From Nitrosopumilus sp. (GTDB taxonomy: Archaea; Thermoproteota; Nitrososphaeria; Nitrososphaerales; Nitrosopumilaceae): DNA of 64,000 nucleotides. Shown here piece by piece: positions 31,426 to 42,366 of the stretch. The translations under genes were made by a program, and so were the position numbers. The stretch is taken from the NCBI GenBank assembly GCA_965218695.1, contig OZ244651.1, positions 992,001 to 1,056,000 of the forward strand. Reading direction: 5' to 3'. The notes beneath the pieces were generated by a model, which saw only the letters and a list, made by a program, of their open reading frames with translations, had not been told where the DNA came from and did no database searches. Each line of letters starts with the position of its first letter. The first letter of the stretch is position 1.

Positions 31426-33012
31426 TCATACGTGCTTGGAGAGCATTCCTGCCACCTTTCTTCTTCCGATGTCTGAGATGAACGGGCCTATCCTTGGGCC
31501 TCCGGTCGTTCCGAGGATCACCTGATAGAGTATCCTGAAAAAGTCCCTTGGCTTGATTCCGTTTGACTTTGCAATCTGATAAATCGCACCCTGGATGTCC
31601 TCTGGCCCCTCGTCTGCGCCCAGAACACCTACAAGGTCGCTCAATGCTTTCCTTGCATGCTCGTCCAGTTCAATGCGGACCGGCTCCTGCGCGTCAAACT
31701 CGTCTGAAAAGTTTCCTGCAAGCTCGGCAAGTGCCTCTACCTCCGGCCCTGCATCCTTTATGATTCCGTATTCCTGCAGCTTTTTTGTCACCATGTCATT
31801 TCTGTCCTCCTTGAAGATCCTTGCCAGCTCGACTGCGAGTCTGTAGTTTACGTGCACGCCGGGCTGTCCTGGCGGCTCCAGCAGATTCACGTACTCGTAG
31901 AGTCCCCTTGTCTTTGCAAGCTTTGCCTGGTTGTCCATCTTGACCCTTCCAAAGTAGACGTCCTCTAGCTCGTTGTATTCGTTCATCAGGGACGGAATGT
32001 CCTCAAACCCTACCTCCCGGGCGCCTGTGATTCTCTTGTACAGCAGCAGCAGTATCGACTTGGGACTGCCAAACCTCAGCCATCTCTGTGCAGTCATGAC
32101 GTTGCCAAGAGACTTTGATATCTTTTTTCCGCCCTTGTCCAGAAACATCTCATACTTTACGTGGTGGGGGTGGGGGAACCCAAGAATCTCCTGCGCAACC
32201 CAGTCGTTTACCATCACAGAATCCATGATGTCCTTTCCATACGCCTCAAACCTGATGTCAAATGCGGCCCACCTGGCGGCAAACTCCACCTTCCATGCAA
32301 GCTTGCCAGGGTCCCTTGTGATGTCTGCCTCCCCGCTGTGGCCGCAGCCGCCTACCTTCCTTGAGCCAATCTCCACGTCATGGCACCTGTATCTCACCCT
32401 CCTCTCATCGGGGATGTAGTCTGTGGATTCTGCAGTGTATATTCGGCCGCAGTTTGCGCATACCGGAAAGTACGGCAGGTACCTCTTGTACTTGTCCTGC
32501 CCGACCATGCTTGAGATCCTCTCCCCGATTCTTGTGCCGCTCATGAGGATTGTGTGTATCTGGTCCTTTAGCAGTCCCTGCCTGTACGTGTCAACTGCCC
32601 TCCTGAACTCGTACCTTATGCCGATCTTGTCCAGCCCGTCCAGCAGTATGCTGCTCATGTGCATGCCGTATGAATCGTGGCATCCAAACGGATCCGGGAT
32701 TGAGGATACGGGCTTTGCCAGGTGCTCCTCGAGTGATTCTGGAAGCCCCTCCGGGATCTTTCTGAGCCCGTCCATGTCATCAGAGTACGCCACAAGCTCT
32801 GACCTGTAGCCCATGTCCTCCAGGGCCATCTTGACTCCATACGCCCTGGCCGCATCCCCGAGGCTGCCAATATGTGGCACTCCGGATGCGCCAAGGCCGC
32901 TCTCCACCCTTAGCATGTCCAGACTTCTGCCAAGGGAGGTCTCGCGCTCGATCATCTCTGAGGCCAGCTTGTCAATCCATGTCCCCCTTCCGATTATCCC
33001 CTGTCCTGGCAT
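31426..33012 (-). CDS. lysS: Lysine--tRNA ligase, class I
   Basis: ASGVPHIGS (HIGH), DDMDGLRK, KLAWKVEFAARW, KISKSLGN (KMSKS), GPRIG. Confidence 0.96.
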   Translation of the reverse strand: MPGQGIIGRGTWIDKLASEMIERETSLGRSLDMLRVESGLGASGVPHIGSLGDAARAYGVKMALEDMGYRSELVAYSDDMDGLRKIPEGLPESLEEHLAKPVSSIPDPFGCHDSYGMHMSSILLDGLDKIGIRYEFRRAVDTYRQGLLKDQIHTILMSGTRIGERISSMVGQDKYKRYLPYFPVCANCGRIYTAESTDYIPDERRVRYRCHDVEIGSRKVGGCGHSGEADITRDPGKLAWKVEFAARWAAFDIRFEAYGKDIMDSVMVNDWVAQEILGFPHPHHVKYEMFLDKGGKKISKSLGNVMTAQRWLRFGSPKSILLLLYKRITGAREVGFEDIPSLMNEYNELEDVYFGRVKMDNQAKLAKTRGLYEYVNLLEPPGQPGVHVNYRLAVELARIFKEDRNDMVTKKLQEYGIIKDAGPEVEALAELAGNFSDEFDAQEPVRIELDEHARKALSDLVGVLGADEGPEDIQGAIYQIAKSNGIKPRDFFRILYQVILGTTGGPRIGPFISDIGRRKVAGMLSKHV

Positions 33013-33016
33013 AGTA

Positions 33017-34603
33017 TCACCTGTCCAATCCCTTGGCCATGTATGGCCCATATAACGAGTACCCCATCTTTTTGTAGTACTCCCTTGTGCCCACTGCGCT
33101 TATAACCAAAAGCCTTCCTGCATCAAACTCCTCTTTTGCGATCCTTTCGGCCTCTGCCATCAGGCCCTTCCCCAGTCCCGAGTGCTGTATCTGGCCCTTC
33201 TCCCTCTTGCCAATTCCCAGTGACCGTCCATAGATGTGCAGCTCCCTTACGATGCACGAGTCTGCACCGACTTCCTCCCTGTGGGCATTCTGGCTCGGAC
33301 TCCTAAGCCTCAAAAATCCGTATATGGACTCGTCTGTTCCCTCGTATGAGATAAAGACCTCGCGTCCTCCCGAGGAGTCATAGTCAATCCTGTTCAGCGC
33401 CATCTCGTCTGCATGCGGCATTCTGGACAGGCCCGCTTCCCTGCATCTTATGCACCTGCATGAAAGGCCCTGTCTGGCCAGGTTCTGATGGACCATCTGC
33501 CTCAGGTTGCCTGACTTTGGCCCTGCAACTATCTGGCTTGATGGAATCTCCCTCTGAATGCGCATGATTCTGACCCACTTTGGCACGCTCTTCTTTACCT
33601 CCGTCAGAACCCTGATCATGTCCTCATCCGAGTACGGGGAGTACCGTCCCTGCACGTACTCCTCATAGAGCGGCGTGTCCCTGATTACCAGCGCCGGATA
33701 AATCTTTAGCATGTCAGGGCGCAGCTGCGGATTCGAAAACAGCCTTTGAAAATCCTCAATGTCCCCGTCCGGACTCATAGTGGGCAGTCCGGGCATCATG
33801 TGTGCTGCAATCTTGTATCCTGCATCCTTTGAGATCTGAAACGACTCTATCACGTCGTTGTAGTCATGGCCCCTGTTTACAATCCTGTAGACGCGCTCCT
33901 GAAGTGACTGGACGCCGATCTCTATCCTCGTAACCCCGTATCTGAGCATCCAGTCTACGTGCTCTTTTTTGCAATAGTCCGGCTTTGTCTCGATTGTAAA
34001 TCCCACATTTCTGATTGCCGCACGTTCGTTGTTTGATTTTGCCTCGTTCAGGCTGCCCGAGTCAGTTCCGTTCAGCGCGTCATAGCACGACTTTATGAAA
34101 TTCTCCTGATACTCTGCTGGCATAAACAGAAAGGTTCCCCCCACAATCACAATCTCCATCTTTGACGGGTCGTGTCCAAATGCCACCAGCTTGTCAATCT
34201 TTGATGCTATCTGCAACCTTGGATCATATCCGTTTTCAATGGCATTGAGGGTGGCAGGCTCGCTTCCGGTGTAGCTGTTTGGGGAGTTGTACTTGGTGCC
34301 GCCAGGGCAGTACGTGCATCTTCCGTGGGGGCATGCATACGGCTTTGGCATCAGTGCCACCACTGACACCCCCGATGCCGTCTTTGCAGGCTTTTTTAGC
34401 AGGACCCTTCTGAGCATCTCAAAATCCGCCCCTTTGGCTTTTGAGAGAATCTCATGGTTTCTGGGGATCCTTTCAAGCTCGTATTTGGCGCAGATCCTCT
34501 TGATCTCCTGCCTTACATGCTTTTTATCCGGATTGTCAATCACAAGCAGATTCTGGGTAATCTCGCTGCACGCCTTGGAGAACGTCGAATTCAGACTGCC
34601 CAT
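33017..34603 (-). CDS. elp3: Elp3 tRNA uridine(34) acetyltransferase (radical SAM + GNAT)
   Basis: CPHGRCTYCPGG, GGTF, ETKPD, KIYP, RELHIYG, QHSGLG. Confidence 0.95.
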   Translation of the reverse strand: MGSLNSTFSKACSEITQNLLVIDNPDKKHVRQEIKRICAKYELERIPRNHEILSKAKGADFEMLRRVLLKKPAKTASGVSVVALMPKPYACPHGRCTYCPGGTKYNSPNSYTGSEPATLNAIENGYDPRLQIASKIDKLVAFGHDPSKMEIVIVGGTFLFMPAEYQENFIKSCYDALNGTDSGSLNEAKSNNERAAIRNVGFTIETKPDYCKKEHVDWMLRYGVTRIEIGVQSLQERVYRIVNRGHDYNDVIESFQISKDAGYKIAAHMMPGLPTMSPDGDIEDFQRLFSNPQLRPDMLKIYPALVIRDTPLYEEYVQGRYSPYSDEDMIRVLTEVKKSVPKWVRIMRIQREIPSSQIVAGPKSGNLRQMVHQNLARQGLSCRCIRCREAGLSRMPHADEMALNRIDYDSSGGREVFISYEGTDESIYGFLRLRSPSQNAHREEVGADSCIVRELHIYGRSLGIGKREKGQIQHSGLGKGLMAEAERIAKEEFDAGRLLVISAVGTREYYKKMGYSLYGPYMAKGLDR

Positions 34604-34706
34604 GAACATCCATGCCTGCCTGTACATAAATTCGTTAAACGAATCGCATGCTGGTGTCGCATCCTCGACGACATCGACGCCTGGCGGTTGTCAGAAACCG
34701 GCCTGC

Positions 34707-35954
34707 CTATTCTGCCTCGTGCGTTGCCTGCAGTCCTGACGAACCGCCATCCTTTTTTTGCTCTTTTCTGTATTCTATCTTCAGCCAGATCGGCGTAATG
34801 ATGGTTGTCACTGCCACCATGATTACTATCGTGGAGTAGACCTCCGAGGTCAGGATTCCGGCGGTGACTCCGATTCCTGCAACAATGAGGCCCACCTCTC
34901 CTCTGGATATCATCCCGATTCCTACCCGCATTCCCTGCGCCTTGCTCTTGAGGAAGAACATTGCAGGAAGGCCGCATCCGAACAGTTTTGTGACAACTGC
35001 CACCAATATTATGACCCCGCTTAGCATGAGAATGTTCAGATCCACTGCTCTCAGGTCGACTGCCGCCCCAATAATTGCAAAGAACAACGGCGCAAATATC
35101 AGACCGATCTTGTTGATAAACTCCTCCACCTTGTGAAATACCTTGGTGGTTGATAGCGCCATCCCGATTGCAAACGCACCTACAATCGGTGAGAGCCCAA
35201 TCGCTCCTGCAAGGGCTGCGGCTCCAAAGAATGCAGCAGTCGCTATCCCCTCTATGCTTCCCTTTGCCTTCCACATCCTTGAATTGACGACCCTTGGCAT
35301 TATGATTATGGAGGCGACTAGGATGACTGCAAAGAATCCCAACACCTCAAAGATGGTAAATACAACCTCCTCAATCTGGATGTTGTCTATTCCTGCACCG
35401 CTGCCGGCGACTGACGTTACCACTGAGAGCACCGCAATTGCCAGGATGTCATCGATCACTGCGGCCCCGATGATCAGCCTTGCCTCGCGTGTCTTGAGCT
35501 TACCAAACTCGTTTAGGACCTGGATTGAGATTGCAATGCTTGTCGCAGTAAGCGCCGTGGCAATAAGCATCGTCTGCAGGGCGTCAAACCCAAACGCCTG
35601 AAAGACCGCCATGCCGGCAAAGAACGGCACGACCACCCCCAGCGTTCCGACAGTAAACGATGCCTTTCCTCCCCTGATAAACTCCTTTGGAGTCATCTCA
35701 AGTCCTGCCATAAACAGGATTACGATGGCACCAATCTCCCCGAGAATCCTGATCTCCTCGTTTATCTGGATCAGCTGAGTGCCGTCAATAACCAACACGG
35801 ACCCAAGCGCAAACGGCCCTATGATCATCCCTGCCAAGAGCTCCCCTAGCACGATTGGAAGATTTAGCCTGAGGAAGAGCTCGGCCATCAGTTTTGCCGC
35901 TGCAAGGAGTATGCCTACCTCGATAATCGTCTGGATAAAATGCCCTTCTGCCAT
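34707..35954 (-). CDS. Cation:proton antiporter (CPA2)
   Basis: About 12 TM segments; GELLAG, TATSIAI, AAVIDD, RGEV. Confidence 0.92.
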   Translation of the reverse strand: MAEGHFIQTIIEVGILLAAAKLMAELFLRLNLPIVLGELLAGMIIGPFALGSVLVIDGTQLIQINEEIRILGEIGAIVILFMAGLEMTPKEFIRGGKASFTVGTLGVVVPFFAGMAVFQAFGFDALQTMLIATALTATSIAISIQVLNEFGKLKTREARLIIGAAVIDDILAIAVLSVVTSVAGSGAGIDNIQIEEVVFTIFEVLGFFAVILVASIIIMPRVVNSRMWKAKGSIEGIATAAFFGAAALAGAIGLSPIVGAFAIGMALSTTKVFHKVEEFINKIGLIFAPLFFAIIGAAVDLRAVDLNILMLSGVIILVAVVTKLFGCGLPAMFFLKSKAQGMRVGIGMISRGEVGLIVAGIGVTAGILTSEVYSTIVIMVAVTTIITPIWLKIEYRKEQKKDGGSSGLQATHEAE

Positions 35955-36153
35955 GTTTGTTTCAACATGACTATGACCTGATTATATACTATTATATCCA
36001 TTTGACCGAGTGCAAGCCCGACCCGGAACGGGCCATGGCGCAGCAGACGGCCTGATTTCTGGAGAAATTCCCGTTTACGCCATGACTGCATGCCAAATCC
36101 CTTCGTGGCTTGAATGGATCACGGCATCCCCACGGCACAAATCATGACACGAG

Positions 36154-36534
36154 TCAGCCCTCGGCATTTCTTCGGGTGAGTTCGGCAATATACTCCTCAT
36201 ACTCTGCCATCTCCTGCTTGAATGAACCGTATACCCACCTATCGGGATCCTCAAGACAGCCAAGACTGCTCATCTCCCCTTCAATCATCATGATTCTTGC
36301 CTGAAGTTCCTGCAGTCTTGGTGCGTCGGCAGGATCGTCTGGCTGCAGGTTGTCGCCTGCCACTTCGACTAGTATGTCGGCACTCTGGCGTACCAGGCTT
36401 CGGCAGCTGTCCACAACCTGGGAATCCAATGGCGCAGAGCGGCTCTGCTGCATATCCAGATACGCGTAAAGCGTTATGGTCAGTATGGCCAGCGCCGCCA
36501 CCCCGGACACAACCATCCTGCCGAGCCTATCCAT
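36154..36534 (-). CDS. Membrane-anchored hypothetical protein
   Basis: N-terminal TM helix followed by a helical domain. Confidence 0.65.
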   Translation of the reverse strand: MDRLGRMVVSGVAALAILTITLYAYLDMQQSRSAPLDSQVVDSCRSLVRQSADILVEVAGDNLQPDDPADAPRLQELQARIMMIEGEMSSLGCLEDPDRWVYGSFKQEMAEYEEYIAELTRRNAEG

Positions 36535-36537
36535 GCG

Positions 36538-36912
36538 TCATGCGACCTTTTGAACCTTCCAGTCCGCACCAACCCAGACTCCTACGATCTGTATGTCATG
36601 CCCCCAGGATTCTGCAATGGACACGCCCTCCTTGATCTGGGCAATGTGCTCCTCGTCAGATACAGGATTGCCTGCACAGTCATGGTGGCCAGAGATGACT
36701 ATCAGTCTTGACTTGTGCGCATTGATTGAGATCTCGGCCTTTCTCATTATGGATTCCAGGTTTTGATGATGCGATATCACCCTGTCTACGCCGGGCTCGG
36801 TGATTGTATCGACAAAGTCCACCGGATAATTTTCCTTGATCCAGTGCGTGATTGGCAGCTGGATGCGTCCGTCCATGCAGCTGATCGACGTTGCAAATCT
36901 TCCTTCAGCCAT
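36538..36912 (-). CDS. Beta-carbonic-anhydrase-like protein
   Basis: CMDGR and HHDC zinc ligands. Confidence 0.8.
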   Translation of the reverse strand: MAEGRFATSISCMDGRIQLPITHWIKENYPVDFVDTITEPGVDRVISHHQNLESIMRKAEISINAHKSRLIVISGHHDCAGNPVSDEEHIAQIKEGVSIAESWGHDIQIVGVWVGADWKVQKVA

Positions 36913-36940
36913 GCATGATGCAGGCCGCCCGCTAATAAAA

Positions 36941-37510
36941 TCATTTTTGATACATAAAGCAGCCCTCAGTATGGTCATTTACCATGCCTGTTGCCTGCAT
37001 CATGGCATAGCATATTGTGGGTCCCACAAAAGTGAATCCGCGTCTCCTGAGATCCCAGCTTAGCTTCTCTGATGTTTCCGTGTATGCCGGAATGTCTGAG
37101 GGTTTTTTGAATCCGTTTAGTATTGGTTTGTGCTTGACAAACCCCCACAGGTACCTGTCAAAAGAACCAAACTCGGACTGCACCTTGAGAAACTGCCGGG
37201 CATTGTTGATGGCAGAAGTGATTTTAAGCCTGTTCCTGATTATGGACTTGTCCTGAAGCAGCCTTTGGATGTCTTTTTGGGTGTACCCTGAGACAGATGG
37301 CGCATCAAAGTCAGAAAATGCCGTCCTGTAGCCCTCCCGGCGTTTGAGAATTGTGACCCATGACAGACCTGCCTGTGCACCCTCCAATACGAGAAACTCA
37401 AACAGCTTTTGATCGTCATGCTGTGGTATCCCCCATTCGGTATCGTGGTATGTCGTGTTTGGTTCCTCGCATGCCCAGCTGCACCTGCTTACCATGATGG
37501 ATTCTGGCAC
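36941..37510 (-). CDS. tag: DNA-3-methyladenine glycosylase I
   Basis: RCSW, YHDTEWG, LEGAQAGLSW, IIRNRLKI, FVGPTI, NDH..C. Confidence 0.95.
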   Translation of the reverse strand: MPESIMVSRCSWACEEPNTTYHDTEWGIPQHDDQKLFEFLVLEGAQAGLSWVTILKRREGYRTAFSDFDAPSVSGYTQKDIQRLLQDKSIIRNRLKITSAINNARQFLKVQSEFGSFDRYLWGFVKHKPILNGFKKPSDIPAYTETSEKLSWDLRRRGFTFVGPTICYAMMQATGMVNDHTEGCFMYQK

Positions 37511-37686
37511 CCGTACGGGATATTAGTTACACCATGGTTTGATGGCGGCCAGAAAGGGGCACGTTATCCACGTGATGGGACTGCAGTTTGAGATCCTTGG
37601 TGATTTCGTTTTTCGTCTTATGCTTGAACCGTCTCGTATACTCTTCGATGACCAGGACGGGAAACGGGGCGTACTCCACATCAAGG

Positions 37687-38940
37687 TATACCAAGAGTAA
37701 AAAATTCATGTGATTATTAAATAATTTCAACTCATATGGTAATGTGATCATCCCACGTGATCCAGTCAATGAAGACCAAGACGATGTTGAAAAGATACGC
37801 CACTGAGACCGATTGCAAGATCAAGGATCGCATGATGCTCATCATCAGGGTCCAGCGTGACAGAATAACCATAAGGGATTCTGCAAAATCCCTTGGCAAG
37901 TCGCCCTCGTGGGGCTACAAGTGGCATGAGCGCTACCTGGAAGTGGGATTTGACCGACTGGAGGACATGCCACGCTCCGGCAGGCCGACCAAGGCGGGCA
38001 AGGCAGACATGAAGAAGATCAGAAAGAATGCATGCAAGAAGACTGTATGGACGGGCAGGGAGATGCAGGAATACATCCTGCAGAGAACCGGCGTAAAGTA
38101 CGATCTCGGATACGTGCGCAAGTTGCTGCGTGGATGGGGCTATTCCCAGAAGGTTCCCGTGGGAAGGCACGCAAGCAGGGCCTCTGACGAGGAGATCAGG
38201 GAATTCCAAAAGTCAATGCCGGAGATTATAAAAAAAGAACAGTGAAGGGGCAGTCGTGGCGATACAGGACGAGTCCATAGTGATCTCCGATGCGCGGCCG
38301 CGGAGGCGTGGCTACACCAGGAAGGGAATGCGGGCGCTTTACACGTACACGGGCTCGCACTCCAAGACTGTACTCCACGGCCTGATCACCACAGACGGCA
38401 GGGGGATGTTCCGACAGTACGACAGGTTCAACCGGCACACCTTTGCGGATTTTTTGAGGCAGGCAGTATACAAATTCAAGAAGATCTGCCTGATCATGGA
38501 CAAGGCCTCCCAGCACAGGGCGACAAAGATACGCGAGCTGGTTGAGAAGACAGACGGCCTGGAGATAGTCTTCCTGCCCACGGCATCCCCGGACCTGAGC
38601 GCCATAGAGACGTACTGGAGGGATCTTAAGCGGGCAGTCCTTGACGTGCCGTACACCAGCCTGCGCATGCTCCGGGAGGCCATCACCAGGTACACGCGGT
38701 ATACGAAGCCGAACCTGGCAGTTGAAAACTTCCTGTACAGGGCCATCTAAGACAGCATCAAATTACGCCGGAGGCACGTCTAGCGTGTGCCATGCACGGT
38801 GCTTCAATTGTCCAGGATACCGGACGTTTGGGGTGTCTTTTCCCATCATTTGAGTATCACATACGCCATGATTTTCAGATGCAGCTGCCGCATCAATCAT
38901 TTATGGGCAATTTTGATATGAATTTTTAATTCTTGGTATA
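37687..38940 (+). mobile_element. IS630-family element, transposase split into 37757-38245 and 38232-38750
   Basis: TIR TATACCAAGAGTAAAAAATTCAT / TATACCAAGAATTAAAAATTCAT; QDES, DKASQH, SPDLSAIE; ORFs overlap at an A7 run. Confidence 0.9.
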
Positions 38941-39075
38941 GTACCTGATTATGGTATCGTCAGGCAGTGCTTTCAGGTATTTTATGATGAATTTTTCTGA
39001 CTTTATCTCCATGACAACGGTTCATCGTGTGCGCTTAAAGATTAGAGATCACAGATGCTGCAAAACGGGGGTTGC

Positions 39076-39438
39076 CTAGCCAAGATTCTTGTAATAGAGA
39101 CTTATGACCTTGTCTACTACCGTGTTTGTGTCACAGTCCTTTTCGGTGCTTACGAGAAGCAGGCGGTCATCTCCCAGATAGAACGAAAAGCGCTTGATCT
39201 TGTCATACTCGGTCATGGCGTATTTTGTTTTGCCAAGCCATTTTGACCTGTCTTTGCGGGCCTTCCAATCGAGGGTGGAGAGGTTGACCAGCTCGTTTTC
39301 TGCGCGCTCCGAAAGCAGGTTTTCCACGCCGTCCCTTATGCCGCCCCCCAGACGAACAGCCCACTCGTCATATACGGTGGCAAACCGAATCTTGGGTTCG
39401 GCATCCAGAATTTGCAAGCAGAACTTCTCGTAATCCAA
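39076..39438 (-). CDS. Thaumarchaeal small roadblock-like hypothetical protein
   Basis: IRFATV, GG.RDGV, LG..KYAMTEY.KIKR, LLLVSTE pattern. Confidence 0.7.
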   Translation of the reverse strand: MDYEKFCLQILDAEPKIRFATVYDEWAVRLGGGIRDGVENLLSERAENELVNLSTLDWKARKDRSKWLGKTKYAMTEYDKIKRFSFYLGDDRLLLVSTEKDCDTNTVVDKVISLYYKNLG

Positions 39439-39486
39439 TGAGAGTGTTACATACAGGGGGTATTAGAGTTTTAAAATTTGGATAAA

Positions 39487-39561
39487 CGGACCCGACCGGA
39501 TTTGAACCGGCGACCTAACGCTCCGCAAGCGTTCGCACTATCCAAGCTATGCAACGAGTCC
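39487..39561 (-). tRNA. tRNA-Arg(GCG)
   Basis: Reverse complement GGACTCGTTGCATAGCTTGGATAGTGCGAACGCTTGCGGAGCGTTAGGTCGCCGGTTCAAATCCGGTCGGGTCCG folds as a cloverleaf with anticodon GCG. Confidence 0.95.
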
Positions 39562-39596
39562 GAATTGTGTGCATGGTTTGTGTTTAATTTGGATTG

Positions 39597-40427
39597 CTAT
39601 TGCCGAGTGCGCGCAAACACGTATGGCGTGTCGTCTGGCTCGTCAAATGTCCATGCCGTGGGCAGGGAGACAGTCCGGATCAACTCAAGGCCATTTTCCT
39701 CAATGAATGTGCCCCATCCGGCCCCGTTTTTGGGATCCTGACGGTACTTTTGGGAGTACGTCCCTGCAAACACCCATCCTGCATCCCCACAACCAGACAC
39801 ACTCCTCATCACCCCGGCGGCGAGCTCACCTCCGCCCATCTGTGCAAGTCCGCCAATAAAGAATGCGGGCCTCTTCAGATCCAGTGCCGAGTAGTCAAAG
39901 GATGCAGCATCCGAGCAGAATGGATGAAAGTCCAGTATGTCCGAGAGGCTGTTCTGTATTCCGACTAGCATCTCATCGAGATCTATGCTGTAGGATTCCA
40001 TGCCTGCAACCCTGCCGCAGAATGCTATCCTGCCATCCCCGGATCCGACATCAACCATCTGGCCGTAGCCAAGCTCCCTTACAAACAGCGAGCCTACATA
40101 TGCAGACATTATCCATGTCGGAGAGAATGGTGCGCAGCTGGAGTCGTGCTGAATGCTGTTGAGCCAGTACCTGTTGATGTCCCCCTCGTAGACAGTGCAC
40201 GGGGTACTGTCCCCGACTGTCTTTTCAAACGAGTTGTAATAGATTGGATTGCTCCCGGCGAATCGGTGCAGTAATTTCAGATCATGGCTGCTTATTGGAA
40301 ACCGCTCGGATCTTGATGTCGGGATGACCTCCTGGATGTGGCCTGTCCCATCATACTCCTCTGCAAACTCCCTTTTTAGAACTGCAAGGTTCTTTGCAAG
40401 GTGTTCAACCAGACAATCCCTTCTCAT
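39597..40427 (-). CDS. Conserved hypothetical protein with a methyltransferase-like motif
   Basis: VDVGSGDGR motif I. Confidence 0.75.
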   Translation of the reverse strand: MRRDCLVEHLAKNLAVLKREFAEEYDGTGHIQEVIPTSRSERFPISSHDLKLLHRFAGSNPIYYNSFEKTVGDSTPCTVYEGDINRYWLNSIQHDSSCAPFSPTWIMSAYVGSLFVRELGYGQMVDVGSGDGRIAFCGRVAGMESYSIDLDEMLVGIQNSLSDILDFHPFCSDAASFDYSALDLKRPAFFIGGLAQMGGGELAAGVMRSVSGCGDAGWVFAGTYSQKYRQDPKNGAGWGTFIEENGLELIRTVSLPTAWTFDEPDDTPYVFARTRQ

Positions 40428-40893
40428 ACTGTCCTACAAACTCCCGGGTGCTCATCATTTGACGCAGATTCTCGTATGCTGCGGACATGTCAGTATCATT
40501 TCCCGTATCCTGAGACTGAAGGTTCTTGGTGGATTCGGTGATCAGGTCGGCAAGGTTTGCCTGAATTCTGGGATGGATGTCAGAATTGAACCTCTCAGAA
40601 ATTACTGACTCGGCATGAGTAATCCTGTCCAGCAGCTGCTTGTGCTTGACCGGGTCAAGCTGCTGCCTGAGCATGAGGGCCATCGAGGACACGTTGATGA
40701 CCTGATAATAGATCTCCACAATCTCAGAAACGGGCAGGTCTGTGACTGTTGCATTGCTGATCAGGCCTTTGAGCTTGTCCGACTCTGTATGAAACATTCT
40801 GGAGACATCTTCATGATTCATGCTGTCCGACTTCCAAAAATTGTTAAAAACGTTGGCATCCGGACTATGCTTCCTTTTCTGCCGGCTTGACAA
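40405..40893 (-). CDS. Conserved hypothetical helical protein
   Basis: Co-oriented and overlapping with neighbours; start uncertain. Confidence 0.65.
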   Translation of the reverse strand: MSSRQKRKHSPDANVFNNFWKSDSMNHEDVSRMFHTESDKLKGLISNATVTDLPVSEIVEIYYQVINVSSMALMLRQQLDPVKHKQLLDRITHAESVISERFNSDIHPRIQANLADLITESTKNLQSQDTGNDTDMSAAYENLRQMMSTREFVGQYEKGLSG

Positions 40894-41569
40894 AGACGTA
40901 GTTCATTATCAGACCCGCTATGATTCCGCCTAGGATTGGCGCTGCCCAGTACAGCCAGTGAAATTCCCAGAATCCTGAGATCAGTGCAGGACCAAACGTC
41001 CTTGCAGGGTTTACCGACGCGCCAGTCAGTGGAACTGCAATCAGGTGAATAAGGAACACCATTCCGCCTATGGTGATCCCGTGCAGACCAGGCGATGCCT
41101 TCTTGTGTACTGCGCTCATAAAGATCACAGTTACCAGGAAGAATGTCAGTATCGCCTCGACTGCAAATCCGGATGCGACGCTGCCGTTGATCAGTTCGCT
41201 TGGACCGCCCTGCGTTCCAAAGTTGACCTTGGCGCCAAGTTCCGGCAGGATTGCCATGAGTGTGGCCGCTGCGGCTACTGCGCCAATCAGCTGTGAGGCG
41301 ATGTAGCCGATTCCATCGGCAATCCCGATTTGCCTGGTAATCATCATGGGTATTGTAACTGCAGGATTGATGTGTGCCCCAGATACGTGTCCAAACGCAT
41401 AGATCATCAGGGCAATGGCTCCCCCGTGTCCAAGGGATATGAACAGTACAGACTGCGTAGTTAGCTCCTCGCCAAAGGATGCAATTGCAAGTATGACTGA
41501 AAGCGGGCCAAAGAACACCAGCCCGTAAGTTGAGATTGCTTCTGCAAGATAGGCCCTTGGATTAACCAT
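40865..41569 (-). CDS. Aquaporin (MIP family)
   Basis: SGAHINPAVT and SVNPART motifs, six TM helices. Confidence 0.96.
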   Translation of the reverse strand: MVNPRAYLAEAISTYGLVFFGPLSVILAIASFGEELTTQSVLFISLGHGGAIALMIYAFGHVSGAHINPAVTIPMMITRQIGIADGIGYIASQLIGAVAAAATLMAILPELGAKVNFGTQGGPSELINGSVASGFAVEAILTFFLVTVIFMSAVHKKASPGLHGITIGGMVFLIHLIAVPLTGASVNPARTFGPALISGFWEFHWLYWAAPILGGIIAGLIMNYVFVKPAEKEA

Positions 41570-41763
41570 CAGAATGTAACCACTTCAAGTTTCCATATAA
41601 AAGATTCGAATAATATGGGATGCCCATATTTTTGGCCCGAATCGCCACAGGGGTGGCGTTCATGGGTGCCTGGCACGGATTCAAATGGGTGGCAGGATGC
41701 ATTTTGCATAAGACACAGCAGACCATCAAAAGGTAATTATTTGTGAGGCCGGCGCCCTACCAC

Positions 41764-42228
41764 ATGGTTTCTCAAGGAGACACGGTTCCTGAATTTGAGC
41801 TGAATGATGCAGACGGCAACACCGTCAAATCTACAGATTTGAACGGAAGAAAGCATGTAATCTACTTTTATCCAAAGGACTTTACTCCCGGGTGTACGAC
41901 CCAGGCCGACGAGTTTTCAAGAGATTATGAACTGTTCCGAAAAGAGGGAATTGACATAATTGGAATCAGCCCAGATGACACAAGATCCCACAAAAAATTC
42001 TGTGACAAGATGGGAATCAGGTATACGCTCCTGTCAGATGCTGAAAAGGAGGTTTCAACCAGGTTTGGCGTATGGGGAAAGAAGAAGTTCATGGGCAGGG
42101 AGTACATGGGTGTGCTGAGAAGCACGTTCCTTGTAAATGATGATGGAAAAATCTTTAAGATTTATTCAAAAGTAAAGCCTGCCGGCCATTCAAAATTGGT
42201 ACTAGAGGATTTTCTAAGTCAGAAATAA
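41764..42228 (+). CDS. bcp: Peroxiredoxin, Bcp type
   Basis: YFYPKDFTPGCTTQA, RSTF. Confidence 0.92.
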   Translation: MVSQGDTVPEFELNDADGNTVKSTDLNGRKHVIYFYPKDFTPGCTTQADEFSRDYELFRKEGIDIIGISPDDTRSHKKFCDKMGIRYTLLSDAEKEVSTRFGVWGKKKFMGREYMGVLRSTFLVNDDGKIFKIYSKVKPAGHSKLVLEDFLSQK

Positions 42229-42366
42229 TGCGATTCCCGATAATTATGAAAAACTGCCAGACGCATGGGGCATGCAGGCTGTAGCCCAAAGTAACACAAA
42301 ATAATTTCCGAACGCAGGCATTGAATGTTTTGCTTGAATAAATAAATAAAAGAGATGGTAGATGGT

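Noticed and set aside
37527-37686. Possible remnant of another IS630 C-terminus
   Set aside because: Only a weak by-eye resemblance (LDVEY...EYTRR); cannot be supported without an alignment
39487-39561. tRNA-Arg as the island attachment site
   Set aside because: No duplicated tRNA 3' segment noticed in the window, and the flanking genes look like core genes
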